A stretch of 64,000 nucleotides of DNA from a virus: positions 1 to 64,000 of the IMG/VR virus record IMGVR_UViG_3300023313_000003; one strand, 5' to 3'. The position numbers and the translations under genes are program-made. The notes under the pieces were generated by a model. The model saw only the letters and a program-made list of their open reading frames with translations, was not told the DNA's origin and ran no database searches. The stretch's first letter is position 1. Every line of letters starts with the position of its first letter. Below, one piece after another: positions 29,099-40,021 of this stretch.

Positions 29099-31285
29099 TT
29101 AATAGTTATATTTTATGAAAAGGTTTAAGTTTATATTTTTCATTCTTGTTTCATTTCCACCAGTAGAACTACTAGCAACACCTCCACTAACAGAAGTAAC
29201 AGGATAAGACCAAGTAGAACCCCACCATCCTTGCCCTATGTTTGGCCTATTATAAGTATGATTGTGACTTTTAAATTCGTCATTCTGGAATGAACCAATT
29301 AAAGATTGATCTGCTTCGTGTAAAACTCTTGAGTTGAGATCAGGATCAAGTCCTCTCCCATTATCAGTTACTCTAATTGATGTGCCTCTAGCATCAGGAA
29401 GAAATCCCCAACCTTTTATCTGTCTTAATTTATCTGAAGCAACTAAAGGTTTAGTTTCAAGTAAAGCCCAACGATCACCATTAGGATCATTCATTTCAAC
29501 CCTAAATTCAGCTTCAGTTAATACCGACCATGAACAATGTCCAACAGGAAAAACATCAATAGCTCCGTCAGTAGCTTGCAATGGAATTGTATTCCAAACT
29601 TGAGCAACTGAATCATATATTTTTATATGAGCCTTCCCATCTACCATAGCAAAAGCATAGTTTACATTGCCAGTAGTTAATGTTGGAGGATCTGGAAGAT
29701 CAGCTTCACTTGGAAAAACTTTTGAAGAGAAAACAGTTCCGTTTAAATTCTCTTCAACTTCAAAAATAGGTTCAGCTAAGTCATTCTTAACTGCCCATGT
29801 ATTTCCTACACCATCTACGATATATAAAACATTGTTATTATCAACAAATAATTCCCAAGCTAATCCACTTGTACTAGATAGGAATAAGTTATCAACAACA
29901 ACTCCTGCTGATGGATTATCATTAACAGATATTTGACCGAGATCATTTATTTCTAATGACACTATTGATAGATCATCTCTCTTTAATCTTATGGGATCAA
30001 CAACACCTGTAACAACCTCATTAGCTTGCAACTCTCCAGTGTTAGATATATTTAAAGACCATTTTTGTAATGATGGACTTTCTAGTATTATATTAGTTAA
30101 TTTTGGCCTTAATACTACACAAACATTTCCAAAAGAATCTATAGAACTAGATCCTTCAAAAAATACTATATAAACTTTTTTAGATATTCCAGTTAAGTCT
30201 CCATCAATAATAAATTTATTACTAGAAACTAAATGCCAAGAATTTGTAATTATTGTAGAACTTTTTTTACATATAAAAACACCATCTACAAACACCATAG
30301 CTACATCTGTGTTTAAAACACCAGCAGATAAAGTAAATTCAGTATCAACTCCAACTAAAACACCTTCAGTTAAAGAGTCAAAAGACTGTTCATGCTTAAT
30401 TGATAAGCCAGCTAATATAGAAGGAACAACTGAAGGTAATTCAACACCTTCATACACTTCGATCTCTAATTGAGAAGCTTGTCCTGAATAATCTGAATCT
30501 AATTCAAAATTAAAGCTATCTATCTTTATAAAATAAGGAGCAGGAGTTGTTAGTGCATCTATAAATTCAGGAAGTTTTTTACCATCTAAATAAATATTTG
30601 CTTTATCACTATCTAATATTTCAAAGTCATGCTGTATTTGAGTTTTATTATTAGAATTAATAAATGGGACTTGTACGTTGAACTCATTTTTAGATCCATC
30701 AGTTAAAGCAAAACCTCTTGACTTAACAGCTAATCCACCGCCTCCGCTTCCACCGCCACCTGAAATTCCTGACCAGATTGCAGCTCCTAATGTGTTATCT
30801 TCACATACATATAGAATATGAGTAATTTTGTCATACCATAAACTTCCTTCTACATAATTTTGAGTAATATCGTTATTTGCATCAGGAGATATGATTGCAT
30901 TTTTATTATCTCTTAATGACCAATACCTAGAGGCAGTTTCCGCTATATCGTCTGCTGATAGAGAAATATCTCCTTGCTGACCATTAACACTTGTCACGAA
31001 ACTTTTCCATACAGCTAACCCATTAGAATTATCCATACAGAAGTAGCTATCTCCAGTAGTTATATTTGACCACCTTGAACCAATCTCATAATTTTTAGAT
31101 AAATCATCAGTAGGAGTTGGATTTACTGTTGCATTAAAATTGTTTTTCCTTAAAGTATTTTCTAAAATATCATCACTCTTAGGAGTATACGCTTTCTCTG
31201 TACTAGGAAGATACGTTTTATCAGCACCAGCATTAGTTAACTCTGTTAAAGTTTTAATGTCTGCATTTTGAATTTTACCACTCAT
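29099..31285 (-). CDS. tail fibre protein with C-terminal collar domain
   Basis: Two N.A...P...D....Y..GS.W repeats, VTSVNGQQG motif, Gly linker, LPDARG..GRGLD..GSFQ.DE.KSHNH..ETR..N. Confidence 0.8.
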   Translation of the reverse strand: MSGKIQNADIKTLTELTNAGADKTYLPSTEKAYTPKSDDILENTLRKNNFNATVNPTPTDDLSKNYEIGSRWSNITTGDSYFCMDNSNGLAVWKSFVTSVNGQQGDISLSADDIAETASRYWSLRDNKNAIISPDANNDITQNYVEGSLWYDKITHILYVCEDNTLGAAIWSGISGGGGSGGGGLAVKSRGFALTDGSKNEFNVQVPFINSNNKTQIQHDFEILDSDKANIYLDGKKLPEFIDALTTPAPYFIKIDSFNFELDSDYSGQASQLEIEVYEGVELPSVVPSILAGLSIKHEQSFDSLTEGVLVGVDTEFTLSAGVLNTDVAMVFVDGVFICKKSSTIITNSWHLVSSNKFIIDGDLTGISKKVYIVFFEGSSSIDSFGNVCVVLRPKLTNIILESPSLQKWSLNISNTGELQANEVVTGVVDPIRLKRDDLSIVSLEINDLGQISVNDNPSAGVVVDNLFLSSTSGLAWELFVDNNNVLYIVDGVGNTWAVKNDLAEPIFEVEENLNGTVFSSKVFPSEADLPDPPTLTTGNVNYAFAMVDGKAHIKIYDSVAQVWNTIPLQATDGAIDVFPVGHCSWSVLTEAEFRVEMNDPNGDRWALLETKPLVASDKLRQIKGWGFLPDARGTSIRVTDNGRGLDPDLNSRVLHEADQSLIGSFQNDEFKSHNHTYNRPNIGQGWWGSTWSYPVTSVSGGVASSSTGGNETRMKNINLNLFIKYNY

Positions 31286-31294
31286 ATTTATTTC

Positions 31295-33427
31295 CTATAT
31301 AGTCTCGTATTTTACTTTTAATACTTGTCCTAAAACTGGAGGACTATTTAATGTTATTGTGTTTGTTGCTAAAGTGAAAGAATATTCTGTATCGTTCAAT
31401 CCATTCAAGAAAAGCATCAGAGATCCATCGATAGGAGGATTGCTGATAATATAATCTGTATTAATTCCATCAACTACTCCAATAGGAGTTTCTGTAATTG
31501 GAGTAGAATATCCTTCTCCTATTCTAATTATTTTACCTGATCTTTGTAATGTATTATCCCACCAGATTAATGAGTCACCAACTCTTGAAGCAATTCTAAA
31601 ATATTCAGGATCATTTGGTACATCAGTTCCAACTATAGGTGTAATATTTAATGTCACATTGAAATTTACCTTAGCATATAAATGTTCGCCATCAGCTAAA
31701 GTAAAAGGACTAAAGGAAGTTTGTATTGTATTAAAAACAGAGCTTTTACCGAAAGAAATAATTAGATCATCTAATATTTCTAATGTTCCTGCTGGATTAG
31801 ACCAGATTATCTTCCCATTATTGTTCGTAAATACAAAAGCATTTTTACTATTGATCAAATCATTTATAGTCTTCTGAGTATTTAGAATAACTGGGCCACT
31901 AAGATTTGAAAGAGTATCATCATCTAATGTTACTTTATTCTTAAAAGTAGATTCTCCAGAAACAAACAGTATTCCTTGAGTTATTAAGTCTTTTACTAGT
32001 AAATTAGCATTTCCTTCATAGAAAGCTGAAGGATCAGTTAGTTCTTTTGTATTAATAACATAAGAAGCATTAGGCCTTCCTCCTTTTAAATATGTTTGGA
32101 TAAAAGGAGAAGCTTGAAGTTCACTTCCAGAAGCATTAAGGCCAATTGTTATTAAGTCGTTAGATAATAGATTACTTTCTAATGCTGTTTTGATTTGTTG
32201 TGCATCTGATAATCCATCATTGAATGTAACTACAATATGATCACCGATTACTTCAACTAATTCTGCGCCAGGTAAACCTATATCATCAGCTCCATTTATT
32301 AAATTAATAGGAGCGACTATTGTTGTTTGAGGATTACTGTTACCACCTGTAATAGTTGGGATAACTAATAGACTTGCATTAACATTAGCTGTAATTGCAT
32401 CATTTATTTGTTGAGCAGTTGAAACTCCGTCTTCTGCTTTAATTTTTATAGAACTACCTACTACTGTAATGATTTCATTACCAGCATCACCAATAGCATC
32501 TACACCACCAGTTAAAAAAGTTTGTGGGTGTATCGTTTGTAATTCATTCCCAACACCTAAAGCAATAGTTTGAACTAATGCATCAGCTAATGGAGCATTT
32601 ACAATTGCGAATCTAATACTATCAGGAGTAGATACCCCATCTTCAATTTGTATTGAAAGGTCATTGCCAACTAAAGTGACGACTTCAGAACCATAAGTTC
32701 CTCCTCCAGTATAGGTTATATTAATTAAATCACCTACAACTCCACCTAACCTTGATACATACTCTATATCTTGGATAAATTCATTAGAAGTTATAGAAGG
32801 AGTAAAATCTTCATACTCTATCGAGATATTGTTACCAATTAATCCAGAATTAACAGAAGTATATAAAATGTCTTGTATAGTTAAAGAAGCTGTATTTAAA
32901 ACACTTCCCTTTTTATATTCTATAGATATTTTGTTACCTAATTGTTCTATTTTCTTAGAAGTAAAATTAAGATCACCAATAGATAAAGAGGCATCTATAG
33001 AATTTAATGTGAATCTAAGGTTATGATCACCAGAATTGCTACCAGTAGTGCCAGCTCCAAAATTCTTCTGAGGAAGTTCATCGTAATTATCCAAATTTTC
33101 TCTTGTAAGGTCTGAACCTTGAGCAACAGAGAACTCAAAAGTATCTCCTATTTCAAATAAGGTAGGCCCTTGGTTGATAGTAGCAAATAACTTTAAGTCT
33201 TGGTCATTAAAAGCGACACCAACAACTGCAACTCCAACAGATCCATCTAAGTCTCCAATTATTTTAAAAACAGTAAATGGAGCAATCGCAGTACAAATCG
33301 CACTATAATTTTGATTTATAGTAAAATGAGTTAGCCTGTCAATAGTTAGTGTTCCATTTCCAATTGAAGGGCCAGTTAATACTGGAGATGAAGAAACGTA
33401 GGGATTTTTGAAAATATCTTGTGACAT
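31295..33427 (-). CDS. virion structural protein with three nested sheath-like modules
   Basis: Half-repeat pattern A-A-A-B-B-B; C-terminal ETP.G..DG.N small beta domain. Confidence 0.72.
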   Translation of the reverse strand: MSQDIFKNPYVSSSPVLTGPSIGNGTLTIDRLTHFTINQNYSAICTAIAPFTVFKIIGDLDGSVGVAVVGVAFNDQDLKLFATINQGPTLFEIGDTFEFSVAQGSDLTRENLDNYDELPQKNFGAGTTGSNSGDHNLRFTLNSIDASLSIGDLNFTSKKIEQLGNKISIEYKKGSVLNTASLTIQDILYTSVNSGLIGNNISIEYEDFTPSITSNEFIQDIEYVSRLGGVVGDLINITYTGGGTYGSEVVTLVGNDLSIQIEDGVSTPDSIRFAIVNAPLADALVQTIALGVGNELQTIHPQTFLTGGVDAIGDAGNEIITVVGSSIKIKAEDGVSTAQQINDAITANVNASLLVIPTITGGNSNPQTTIVAPINLINGADDIGLPGAELVEVIGDHIVVTFNDGLSDAQQIKTALESNLLSNDLITIGLNASGSELQASPFIQTYLKGGRPNASYVINTKELTDPSAFYEGNANLLVKDLITQGILFVSGESTFKNKVTLDDDTLSNLSGPVILNTQKTINDLINSKNAFVFTNNNGKIIWSNPAGTLEILDDLIISFGKSSVFNTIQTSFSPFTLADGEHLYAKVNFNVTLNITPIVGTDVPNDPEYFRIASRVGDSLIWWDNTLQRSGKIIRIGEGYSTPITETPIGVVDGINTDYIISNPPIDGSLMLFLNGLNDTEYSFTLATNTITLNSPPVLGQVLKVKYETI

Positions 33428-33535
33428 GCTGTAACCTTATATGTTTTTAATTAAACACTATTAAACATAATCAATGTAAATAATTGATTTTACTTATTTT
33501 ATTTATATGTTTTGGGAAATTTAATTATCATATAA

Positions 33536-33544
33536 TATATACAA
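33536..33544 (-). promoter_or_regulatory. candidate late promoter TTGTATATA
   Basis: One of eight TTGTAWATA copies in intergenic gaps upstream of genes. Confidence 0.55.
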
Positions 33545-33546
33545 CT

Positions 33547-34356
33547 TTAGAATACTTCATCAAACTTAAAAGGCATCGTCATATATCTATTAACAGTATA
33601 AGATTCAGCAGGAATAGTAGACATTTGCCCCCACCCTGTAAAAAGCTCAGGGTCATCTCTATCTACAATTGTTAAAAATGGAACGCTAATACCCACATAG
33701 TCGAATAAACTTCTTAAATTAACAAAATTTGTATTGTTTCCGATTTTAGTATCAAGTTTTGCAAACTTAACACTTAAAGTTCTAGCTTTAACTCTCTGAT
33801 TTGATTGTCTAAAGAAGCCTTCTGTACTTATAACTTCAGCATAATCTTTAGTTGCAATAGAAATTGAGTCTGTAATATCTTCATTATTACTCATAGTAGT
33901 TGCTCTCCCTCCTACTATTCTACCAATCTCAATAAATCCACAAGGATTAGTTGGATCGAGTATTCTAACTCTATAATACTCAAATTGATCTCCTAATTCT
34001 GAAAGCCACACCATATTTTCTCTCATATAAGGGATAGTAACTGTAACTGGAGGTGCAAGCCAATTATCTGAAATATTAGCTTGGAGTTGAACTACAACAT
34101 CTGGAGTAAAATTATGCCCAATGATAGCAAAAGTGTCGATATTTGACACTTTCTCAGCCTTTATCACTATTTCTTGCCAGTTTAAAACATCTGTACTTCT
34201 CCATCTATGCCTACTTGATTCAGTATTTAAGTTTAATTTATCAAAATCACCAGACGCTTGAGAAGTTACTGACAAAATATTTTGGCCTGGATTATAAATA
34301 TCTCTGTTCCCAAAATCAAATCTATGTAAAAAGCTTATTCCTGTTCCTGAACTCAT
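33547..34356 (-). CDS. distal tail (Dit-like) protein
   Basis: Directly after the tape measure gene; GHNF..YYRV.I.D..IEIGR, ending F.F.EV. Confidence 0.6.
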   Translation of the reverse strand: MSSGTGISFLHRFDFGNRDIYNPGQNILSVTSQASGDFDKLNLNTESSRHRWRSTDVLNWQEIVIKAEKVSNIDTFAIIGHNFTPDVVVQLQANISDNWLAPPVTVTIPYMRENMVWLSELGDQFEYYRVRILDPTNPCGFIEIGRIVGGRATTMSNNEDITDSISIATKDYAEVISTEGFFRQSNQRVKARTLSVKFAKLDTKIGNNTNFVNLRSLFDYVGISVPFLTIVDRDDPELFTGWGQMSTIPAESYTVNRYMTMPFKFDEVF

Positions 34357-37300
34357 GATGCAATAACTCCTTTATCACTTATAATTGGTTCTCCACGTTC
34401 TGAAGCTTCTCTTATTCCTTCAATTACAGCTTGCTTAATTCCTTCAATATTTGAATCCCGATCAGCATTAATAGTAAAATTATAAGTATTTCCACCAGAA
34501 CCTTCTTTTCTGTCCTTAAGATAACCTGTCAAATCCTTATTCGCTTCTGGCTGAAGAACCCTTTCTCCACCTTTTAGCAAGAAAGATTTGTCACTCATAG
34601 ATTGAGGGATTGAGTCCATACCACCATGAGCTTGACCTCCACCGAATTTTTGAGCTTTAATCTGTGCAACATTAGCAATACCAGCAGCAACAGTTACACC
34701 AGCAAGTAAAGGCCCAAGAAGAGGCCCTGCTCCAACTGGAGGTGGAGCTAAAGCTGCTGTCGCTCCAGCAAAAGTATTCATTATACTAGAAGTAATGGCC
34801 GCGGCTTTACCTACCTCGAACATATCTTTGTCTTTACTTCCTCTTAATTTGGAAGTCATGTCTAAGATCTTACCTGTATTCTTATATTCGCTAGTTTGTT
34901 GAACTGCCATTATAGCACCAAGAGCTTGACCATTTTTAATTTGACTCGCTCTCATTCTCGCTCTAAATTGTTCAGCTCTATTCCCTGCATCTTGAGCAAT
35001 CTTAGCTTTATCTTGGTAAAATCTAAGTTCAATCTCTTTTAACTTGTTCTTATGTTGGATTTCTCTTTGCTCTCTCGCTAATCTGAATTGATCTTCAGTT
35101 ATTACCTTGTTCTCTTGTTCAAATTGAAGCCTTTCTAATTCTAACTGATGTTGCTCTTCTTGTTTTGCCATTTGAGCAGCGAGTCCATCATCAGTTAATC
35201 CTAATAATTCAGCTCTTTGAGTTTGAAGTTCCAACTCTTTCATTGTTTTTTCTTGAATAGCTGCTAATTTTGTATCATGCATTTTTTTCTGCATTTCAAT
35301 TTCAGCATTAGCTCTTGCTTGTCTTCTAGTTGAGAGTTCTAACTCTAATTGATCTGAAATTTCATTAAAAGATTTTTGCATTTCTATCTCAGAAATTTTT
35401 CCTTGCATTTTTAATGCTTTAATCTTATTCATTCTAATTTCAGTATTAATAATTTCAGCTTGGTCTTCAGCTCCAGCACCAGCAGAAGTTCCACCAAGCA
35501 ATCCTGCTTTAATATTAGCAAGTGCAGCTTGTTTTTGTTGTTCTGAAGATATAGAAAGAGCCATCTTTGCTTGAAGGTTTTGTTCAAACATTTGAAGTTC
35601 TGTTTCATTAGCAGCAAGAAGAGCTGACTCATTATTTGAAAGACCATACTTAGCCTCAAGCTTTCTTTTAGTAATAAGTTCTTGAGTTAATAACTCAATT
35701 TTCATATCTTTTATATTTACTGCCTGATCTCGCTTCATTTGAGCGATTTCCATTTCTGTAGTAAAAACTTTTGACATTTCTTGATCAAGACCTATTTGAA
35801 CTTGAGCTATCTGAGAATTTCTAGTTTCTTGCTGTATTTTTATTTTATTAGCTTCTAGTGCTTCCATGGCAGCGAGTATTTTTTCACTATTTTTGTCAAC
35901 AGCACCCCAATCTGAACCACTTTTAATTAATGCTTGATTTAATTCTTGTCCTTTTGTTATTATTTTTTGAAGTTGTGCTGAAAACTTAGCTGAATCTGCC
36001 TTAATTTTTTGTAGATTTAAAGATGGAGTCAAATCTGAAACAAACTCAAAAGCAGCTTCTCCTTCTTTAACTATTTTGTTGAAAGAAGAGGATAATTTTT
36101 CTAAATTTTGTTTTAAATTTTTTACTGAATGACCAACTTTATCAGAAGCCCCTGCTGTGGATATAAAACCATTAACAACATCACCAGCGACTTCTCCAGA
36201 TAAAGTTCCCATTGTTTCTGATAATTGCATTATAGAAGAAGTTAATCCTTGCATTTTTTTATCAGACATTGCTAAAGAACTAAGTCCAAGATAATTAAAA
36301 ATCTGAGATAAACCCCCAACTGCCAAAGTTAATGTCATTATTCCATTAACTAATGCTAATATCCCTACTGCAACTACTTTTATTGCAGTTCCTAACATTC
36401 CACTTAATATCTCTGCAAGAGAAGTTGAAGATTTATTAGCTTTCTCTGCTGAATCTGCAACAGAGGCAAAAGCTTTAGATAGAGTATCAACAACTTTAGA
36501 AAATATCTTAAATCTTTCTTCAAGCATTGTTACTGCTTTATATAAGGCCGCGGCAATAGCTATAATTATTGTAATTTTAATCAATAATACTTTATTAGCA
36601 ACAACCCATTTCCAAGTCGCAATTGTGGCTGCTTTTATAGAGGAAATTAACGATACAGCGATACTTCTAGCTGTTAATTTACTTGCTGCTTCCATTCCTA
36701 ATATACTTTTAATAGCACCAGCTACTTTTACTTTAAGAACACTAAGTCCTGTTCCTGCGACTTCCTTTAAAGATCCAAATTTCCCTGCAACTCCAGTTAC
36801 ACCCATAGCCATTTCAGATAAACTTTTATTAATAAAAGGTAACTGAGAAGAAAATACTTTCATTCCAGCAGAAGAAGCTAACCCTGCGTTTAAAGCACCC
36901 AAACTTGAGGTAACTAATCCTATCAATAATGAGTTTTGAAGAAGAACCCCTCCAACTTGCATTAATCTCCCCGATAAAGCTTGGATAAAACCAATAGCAG
37001 GAAGAATTGGTTTAACTAAATTAGTAAATCCTGATGTTAATTTTGCTAACCCCATGACTACTTGACCATTTATAATTTGACCGCCTTTACCTAATTCTTG
37101 CATTAATTCTTTTGTTGCATTTTTTTGAAGTTTTAATGCTTTTGAATAAGTGTCAGCATTACTTGAAGCAAACCCAGCGGCTAATCCTGCTTGCTCCATT
37201 AAAACATTGTATCTTGCTTGCCCTTTTTCTACATCTCCAAGTTTATTAAAATTATCTTTTAACTCTTGATTAAGATTTGATTGTTTTATAGCAGTTGAAT

Positions 37301-39203
37301 TTAAGTGTAGTCCATAAACGGCTAATCCTGAGCTATTTCCATTAACAGCATTTATTAATGCTGTTAGAGTATTTATAGCTGGCTTATGCGCTCTCTCAGA
37401 TAAATCAATAGATCTACTTATAAGCGTTTCCATTTCTTTTTGGTTCAATCCAAAAGCATGAGTCGCACCAACTGTCTCTGCAACTAATTTCCTAAGAGAA
37501 GCTGTTGTTTGCCCTGTTGATGAATTGGTCTTTTTAATAAATCCATTCCAAGTTTCTGTTGCTTTGGAGGCCTCTTCTGCTGAATGAGAATACCCTCTTA
37601 ATGTTTGAAGAAAGGCAAAGGTAGATTGCTCTGCTTTGGCAAAATATTCTATTTGTTTAGTAGAGGCTTTAGTAAAAGAATTACCCATTTTAGTAATGAA
37701 ACCACCTAATGCAACAGCAGCTTGCTGAACTATATAAGCAAACCCACCAAATGCAGCTCCTAAAGCTATAAGAGTAACCCCTGTAAGTCTCTTCATTAAG
37801 GTGTCAGCTTGCAATAGAGAGTACCCCATTATACCAAAAGCAGAACCAACAGCTCCAGCTCTAGCAACAGTTCCTAAGAGTCCTTTATGAAAAAATTCAG
37901 TGTGCTTACCTATTGTTAGCATTGTTTTACCAAAATTTAGTCCAACAGATCCAGCTTGTGCTGTTGATTTTGCAAATCTTACTAAAGAAGATCCTGAACT
38001 TACTATGATTTTACCAAATGATTTAACTCCTAATGATAAATTTTTAAATCCACTTTTAGATAATAATTTTATATTTGTTAATGTTGACTGAGATGACTTT
38101 GATATAATTTTAAATGCATTAGCCATCTTAGAACCTAAAGCTTTAGATAAAAGAATAACTTGTTTTTTAGTTTGAGAAACTTTTAATTTGAATAAATTTA
38201 ATTTAGAAGTTTTCATAGCTCCAACACTATCCCCAGCACTGTTAAAAGCTTTCTCCATACTTTTTGCATTATCAATTATTGCATTAGAAACTTTTAAACT
38301 AGCATTGGTCGCAGTTTCAGTAAAATTTGATAAGGTGTGATAGGTAGTCATAAGAGAAGACTGAAGTATAGTTAAACTAGTATGAACTCCTTTAAGTCCT
38401 CCTGCTGCTAATTGTAACATTGCCTTATTTAGCTTTAAGGCCACTGTATCAAAAACAGTTACTACTGCTTTATTAAGTCCTCCAAAATCACCTGACATTT
38501 TTAGAATACTAGGTGATACACTAGAAGACATGGCTTTAATCGTTTGAGTTGTCGATTGTATTCCTGCTTTTAATGTAGTTAACCCTTTCTTAGATATATT
38601 TTTAAACCCTTCTTTAACTTCAGATAACTTTAAATTACTCATTGAAGTTTTTAATGTTCTAAAAGATTGACTTATTTTATTACTAGCAGGGCCAAAGGCA
38701 GCCATATTTGAAACAAGCTCATCAGCACGAAAACTAACTTTAAGCATATATTCTTCAAGGGATATAAGACCTAATTTAATAGGCACAAATGTCTGCTTTA
38801 TAACCGCTAGTCCAATAAAAGCACCACCAACGGCTAAGGTGGTATCTGCGATTCTTTGCAGTCCATTGGAGATTGAAGAAAAGGCTGAAGGATCATTCAG
38901 CATATCTAATGTCGTCACTAATTGTTCATTTTGATCTTTTAATGCTTCAGTTAAACTATTAGTTTTCTCCATATCTTTGCTAAGAACTTTTAAAGTTTTC
39001 GCTTTAGCTCTCATAGATAGATTTGAGGAAAGTATGCTTTTGACTAAGTATTCCTGACTGACAGTATTTTCTTGAGCTGATTGATTCGCAGTTTGAAGTG
39101 ACTTGGTATACTCTGAATTAATTATCTTTGCAGCCCTTCTAATAATTGGGGATAAATTATCAACTGCTGTTAAATTTACTTTTAAGTTTTTTTCTATTGC
39201 CAT
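34353..39203 (-). CDS. tape measure protein
   Basis: 1616 aa, Ala/Gly/Ser/Lys-rich helical, central hydrophobic region, C-terminal AHGG..GERVL; follows the chaperone pair. Confidence 0.92.
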   Translation of the reverse strand: MAIEKNLKVNLTAVDNLSPIIRRAAKIINSEYTKSLQTANQSAQENTVSQEYLVKSILSSNLSMRAKAKTLKVLSKDMEKTNSLTEALKDQNEQLVTTLDMLNDPSAFSSISNGLQRIADTTLAVGGAFIGLAVIKQTFVPIKLGLISLEEYMLKVSFRADELVSNMAAFGPASNKISQSFRTLKTSMSNLKLSEVKEGFKNISKKGLTTLKAGIQSTTQTIKAMSSSVSPSILKMSGDFGGLNKAVVTVFDTVALKLNKAMLQLAAGGLKGVHTSLTILQSSLMTTYHTLSNFTETATNASLKVSNAIIDNAKSMEKAFNSAGDSVGAMKTSKLNLFKLKVSQTKKQVILLSKALGSKMANAFKIISKSSQSTLTNIKLLSKSGFKNLSLGVKSFGKIIVSSGSSLVRFAKSTAQAGSVGLNFGKTMLTIGKHTEFFHKGLLGTVARAGAVGSAFGIMGYSLLQADTLMKRLTGVTLIALGAAFGGFAYIVQQAAVALGGFITKMGNSFTKASTKQIEYFAKAEQSTFAFLQTLRGYSHSAEEASKATETWNGFIKKTNSSTGQTTASLRKLVAETVGATHAFGLNQKEMETLISRSIDLSERAHKPAINTLTALINAVNGNSSGLAVYGLHLNSTAIKQSNLNQELKDNFNKLGDVEKGQARYNVLMEQAGLAAGFASSNADTYSKALKLQKNATKELMQELGKGGQIINGQVVMGLAKLTSGFTNLVKPILPAIGFIQALSGRLMQVGGVLLQNSLLIGLVTSSLGALNAGLASSAGMKVFSSQLPFINKSLSEMAMGVTGVAGKFGSLKEVAGTGLSVLKVKVAGAIKSILGMEAASKLTARSIAVSLISSIKAATIATWKWVVANKVLLIKITIIIAIAAALYKAVTMLEERFKIFSKVVDTLSKAFASVADSAEKANKSSTSLAEILSGMLGTAIKVVAVGILALVNGIMTLTLAVGGLSQIFNYLGLSSLAMSDKKMQGLTSSIMQLSETMGTLSGEVAGDVVNGFISTAGASDKVGHSVKNLKQNLEKLSSSFNKIVKEGEAAFEFVSDLTPSLNLQKIKADSAKFSAQLQKIITKGQELNQALIKSGSDWGAVDKNSEKILAAMEALEANKIKIQQETRNSQIAQVQIGLDQEMSKVFTTEMEIAQMKRDQAVNIKDMKIELLTQELITKRKLEAKYGLSNNESALLAANETELQMFEQNLQAKMALSISSEQQKQAALANIKAGLLGGTSAGAGAEDQAEIINTEIRMNKIKALKMQGKISEIEMQKSFNEISDQLELELSTRRQARANAEIEMQKKMHDTKLAAIQEKTMKELELQTQRAELLGLTDDGLAAQMAKQEEQHQLELERLQFEQENKVITEDQFRLAREQREIQHKNKLKEIELRFYQDKAKIAQDAGNRAEQFRARMRASQIKNGQALGAIMAVQQTSEYKNTGKILDMTSKLRGSKDKDMFEVGKAAAITSSIMNTFAGATAALAPPPVGAGPLLGPLLAGVTVAAGIANVAQIKAQKFGGGQAHGGMDSIPQSMSDKSFLLKGGERVLQPEANKDLTGYLKDRKEGSGGNTYNFTINADRDSNIEGIKQAVIEGIREASERGEPIISDKGVIAS

Positions 39204-39212
39204 ACATTACTC

Positions 39213-39575
39213 TTAACTTTTGCTATTTGTTTTAGATTCTTTCATTTGTTTTTTATGTTCTCGCTCTCTATACACGTTAACAATACTATCTAAAAAATTA
39301 AAAAGTTCTACGCAATATGATGTTTGGTCATTCATGCTACCTCCATGAGGCCACACTCTATTTTCCTTACAATCAAAATATAATGAAACAATAAATTCTT
39401 CACTATAAGAATTAAAAGCTAAAGATCTAGGACATTCTCTATAAATCGTACCATTAACATCAATTAATGATTTTTTCTTATATATACCTCCGCAATTACG
39501 CAGAGATTGAAGTCCTTTGTCACAATTAGAACAATTAAAAGCCTTAGACTTATTATAGTCTAAGGCTAAGTCCAT
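39213..39575 (-). CDS. tail assembly chaperone, C-terminal part (lambda gpT-like)
   Basis: Lies in the -1 frame of the upstream chaperone; Cys-rich; WPHGG..DQ. Confidence 0.75.
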   Translation of the reverse strand: MDLALDYNKSKAFNCSNCDKGLQSLRNCGGIYKKKSLIDVNGTIYRECPRSLAFNSYSEEFIVSLYFDCKENRVWPHGGSMNDQTSYCVELFNFLDSIVNVYREREHKKQMKESKTNSKS

Positions 39576-40021
39576 TATGACTCTAAAAGCTTTTTTTCAT
39601 CATCACCAATCGCAGTTCTTAGCATTATAAAACCACCGATTTCTTGAATGATTGAAAAAGGAAACAAATCAATATCACACTTTTCAATTTTCCCTTCTTC
39701 TTGGTAAGAAGAGCAACCATGTTTAAAATATTTAACAAGCATTTCTGTTTGTTTTAATTGTTTAATTGTTGGTTTTCCTTCTTTATCTGAAGGATCAGGC
39801 ATTTCAACTTGAAAATGGTCTTCTTGGATAGTAGCTTGAGCTGAAGTATTCACATTTTTAATTAAAAAATAAGTTGGAAAGATTCCTTCTTTAAATTTAA
39901 GATAATCAACATTATATGTTTTTTCATACTTATCCATGTCACTTTTTTCTTTGTCTATTGCTCCATCTTGAGTTGAAACAATTTTTCTTACTTTTTTTGG
40001 GTCGATTTTTTCAATGGCCAC
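39575..40021 (-). CDS. tail assembly chaperone (lambda gpG-like)
   Basis: Between tail tube and tape measure genes; ends at a slippery A AAA AAG. Confidence 0.78.
   Translation of the reverse strand: MAIEKIDPKKVRKIVSTQDGAIDKEKSDMDKYEKTYNVDYLKFKEGIFPTYFLIKNVNTSAQATIQEDHFQVEMPDPSDKEGKPTIKQLKQTEMLVKYFKHGCSSYQEEGKIEKCDIDLFPFSIIQEIGGFIMLRTAIGDDEKKLLES
39590..39596 (-). promoter_or_regulatory. programmed -1 ribosomal frameshift site A AAA AAG
   Basis: GAA AAA AAG CTT; the -1 frame reads K-A-F-R-V-I-M-D-L without a stop into ORF 39213..39575. Confidence 0.85.

Noticed and set aside
18934-33427. Diversity-generating retroelement acting on fibre genes
   Set aside because: No reverse transcriptase, and no near-identical TR/VR nucleotide pair differing at adenines was seen; the repeats are protein-level and diverged
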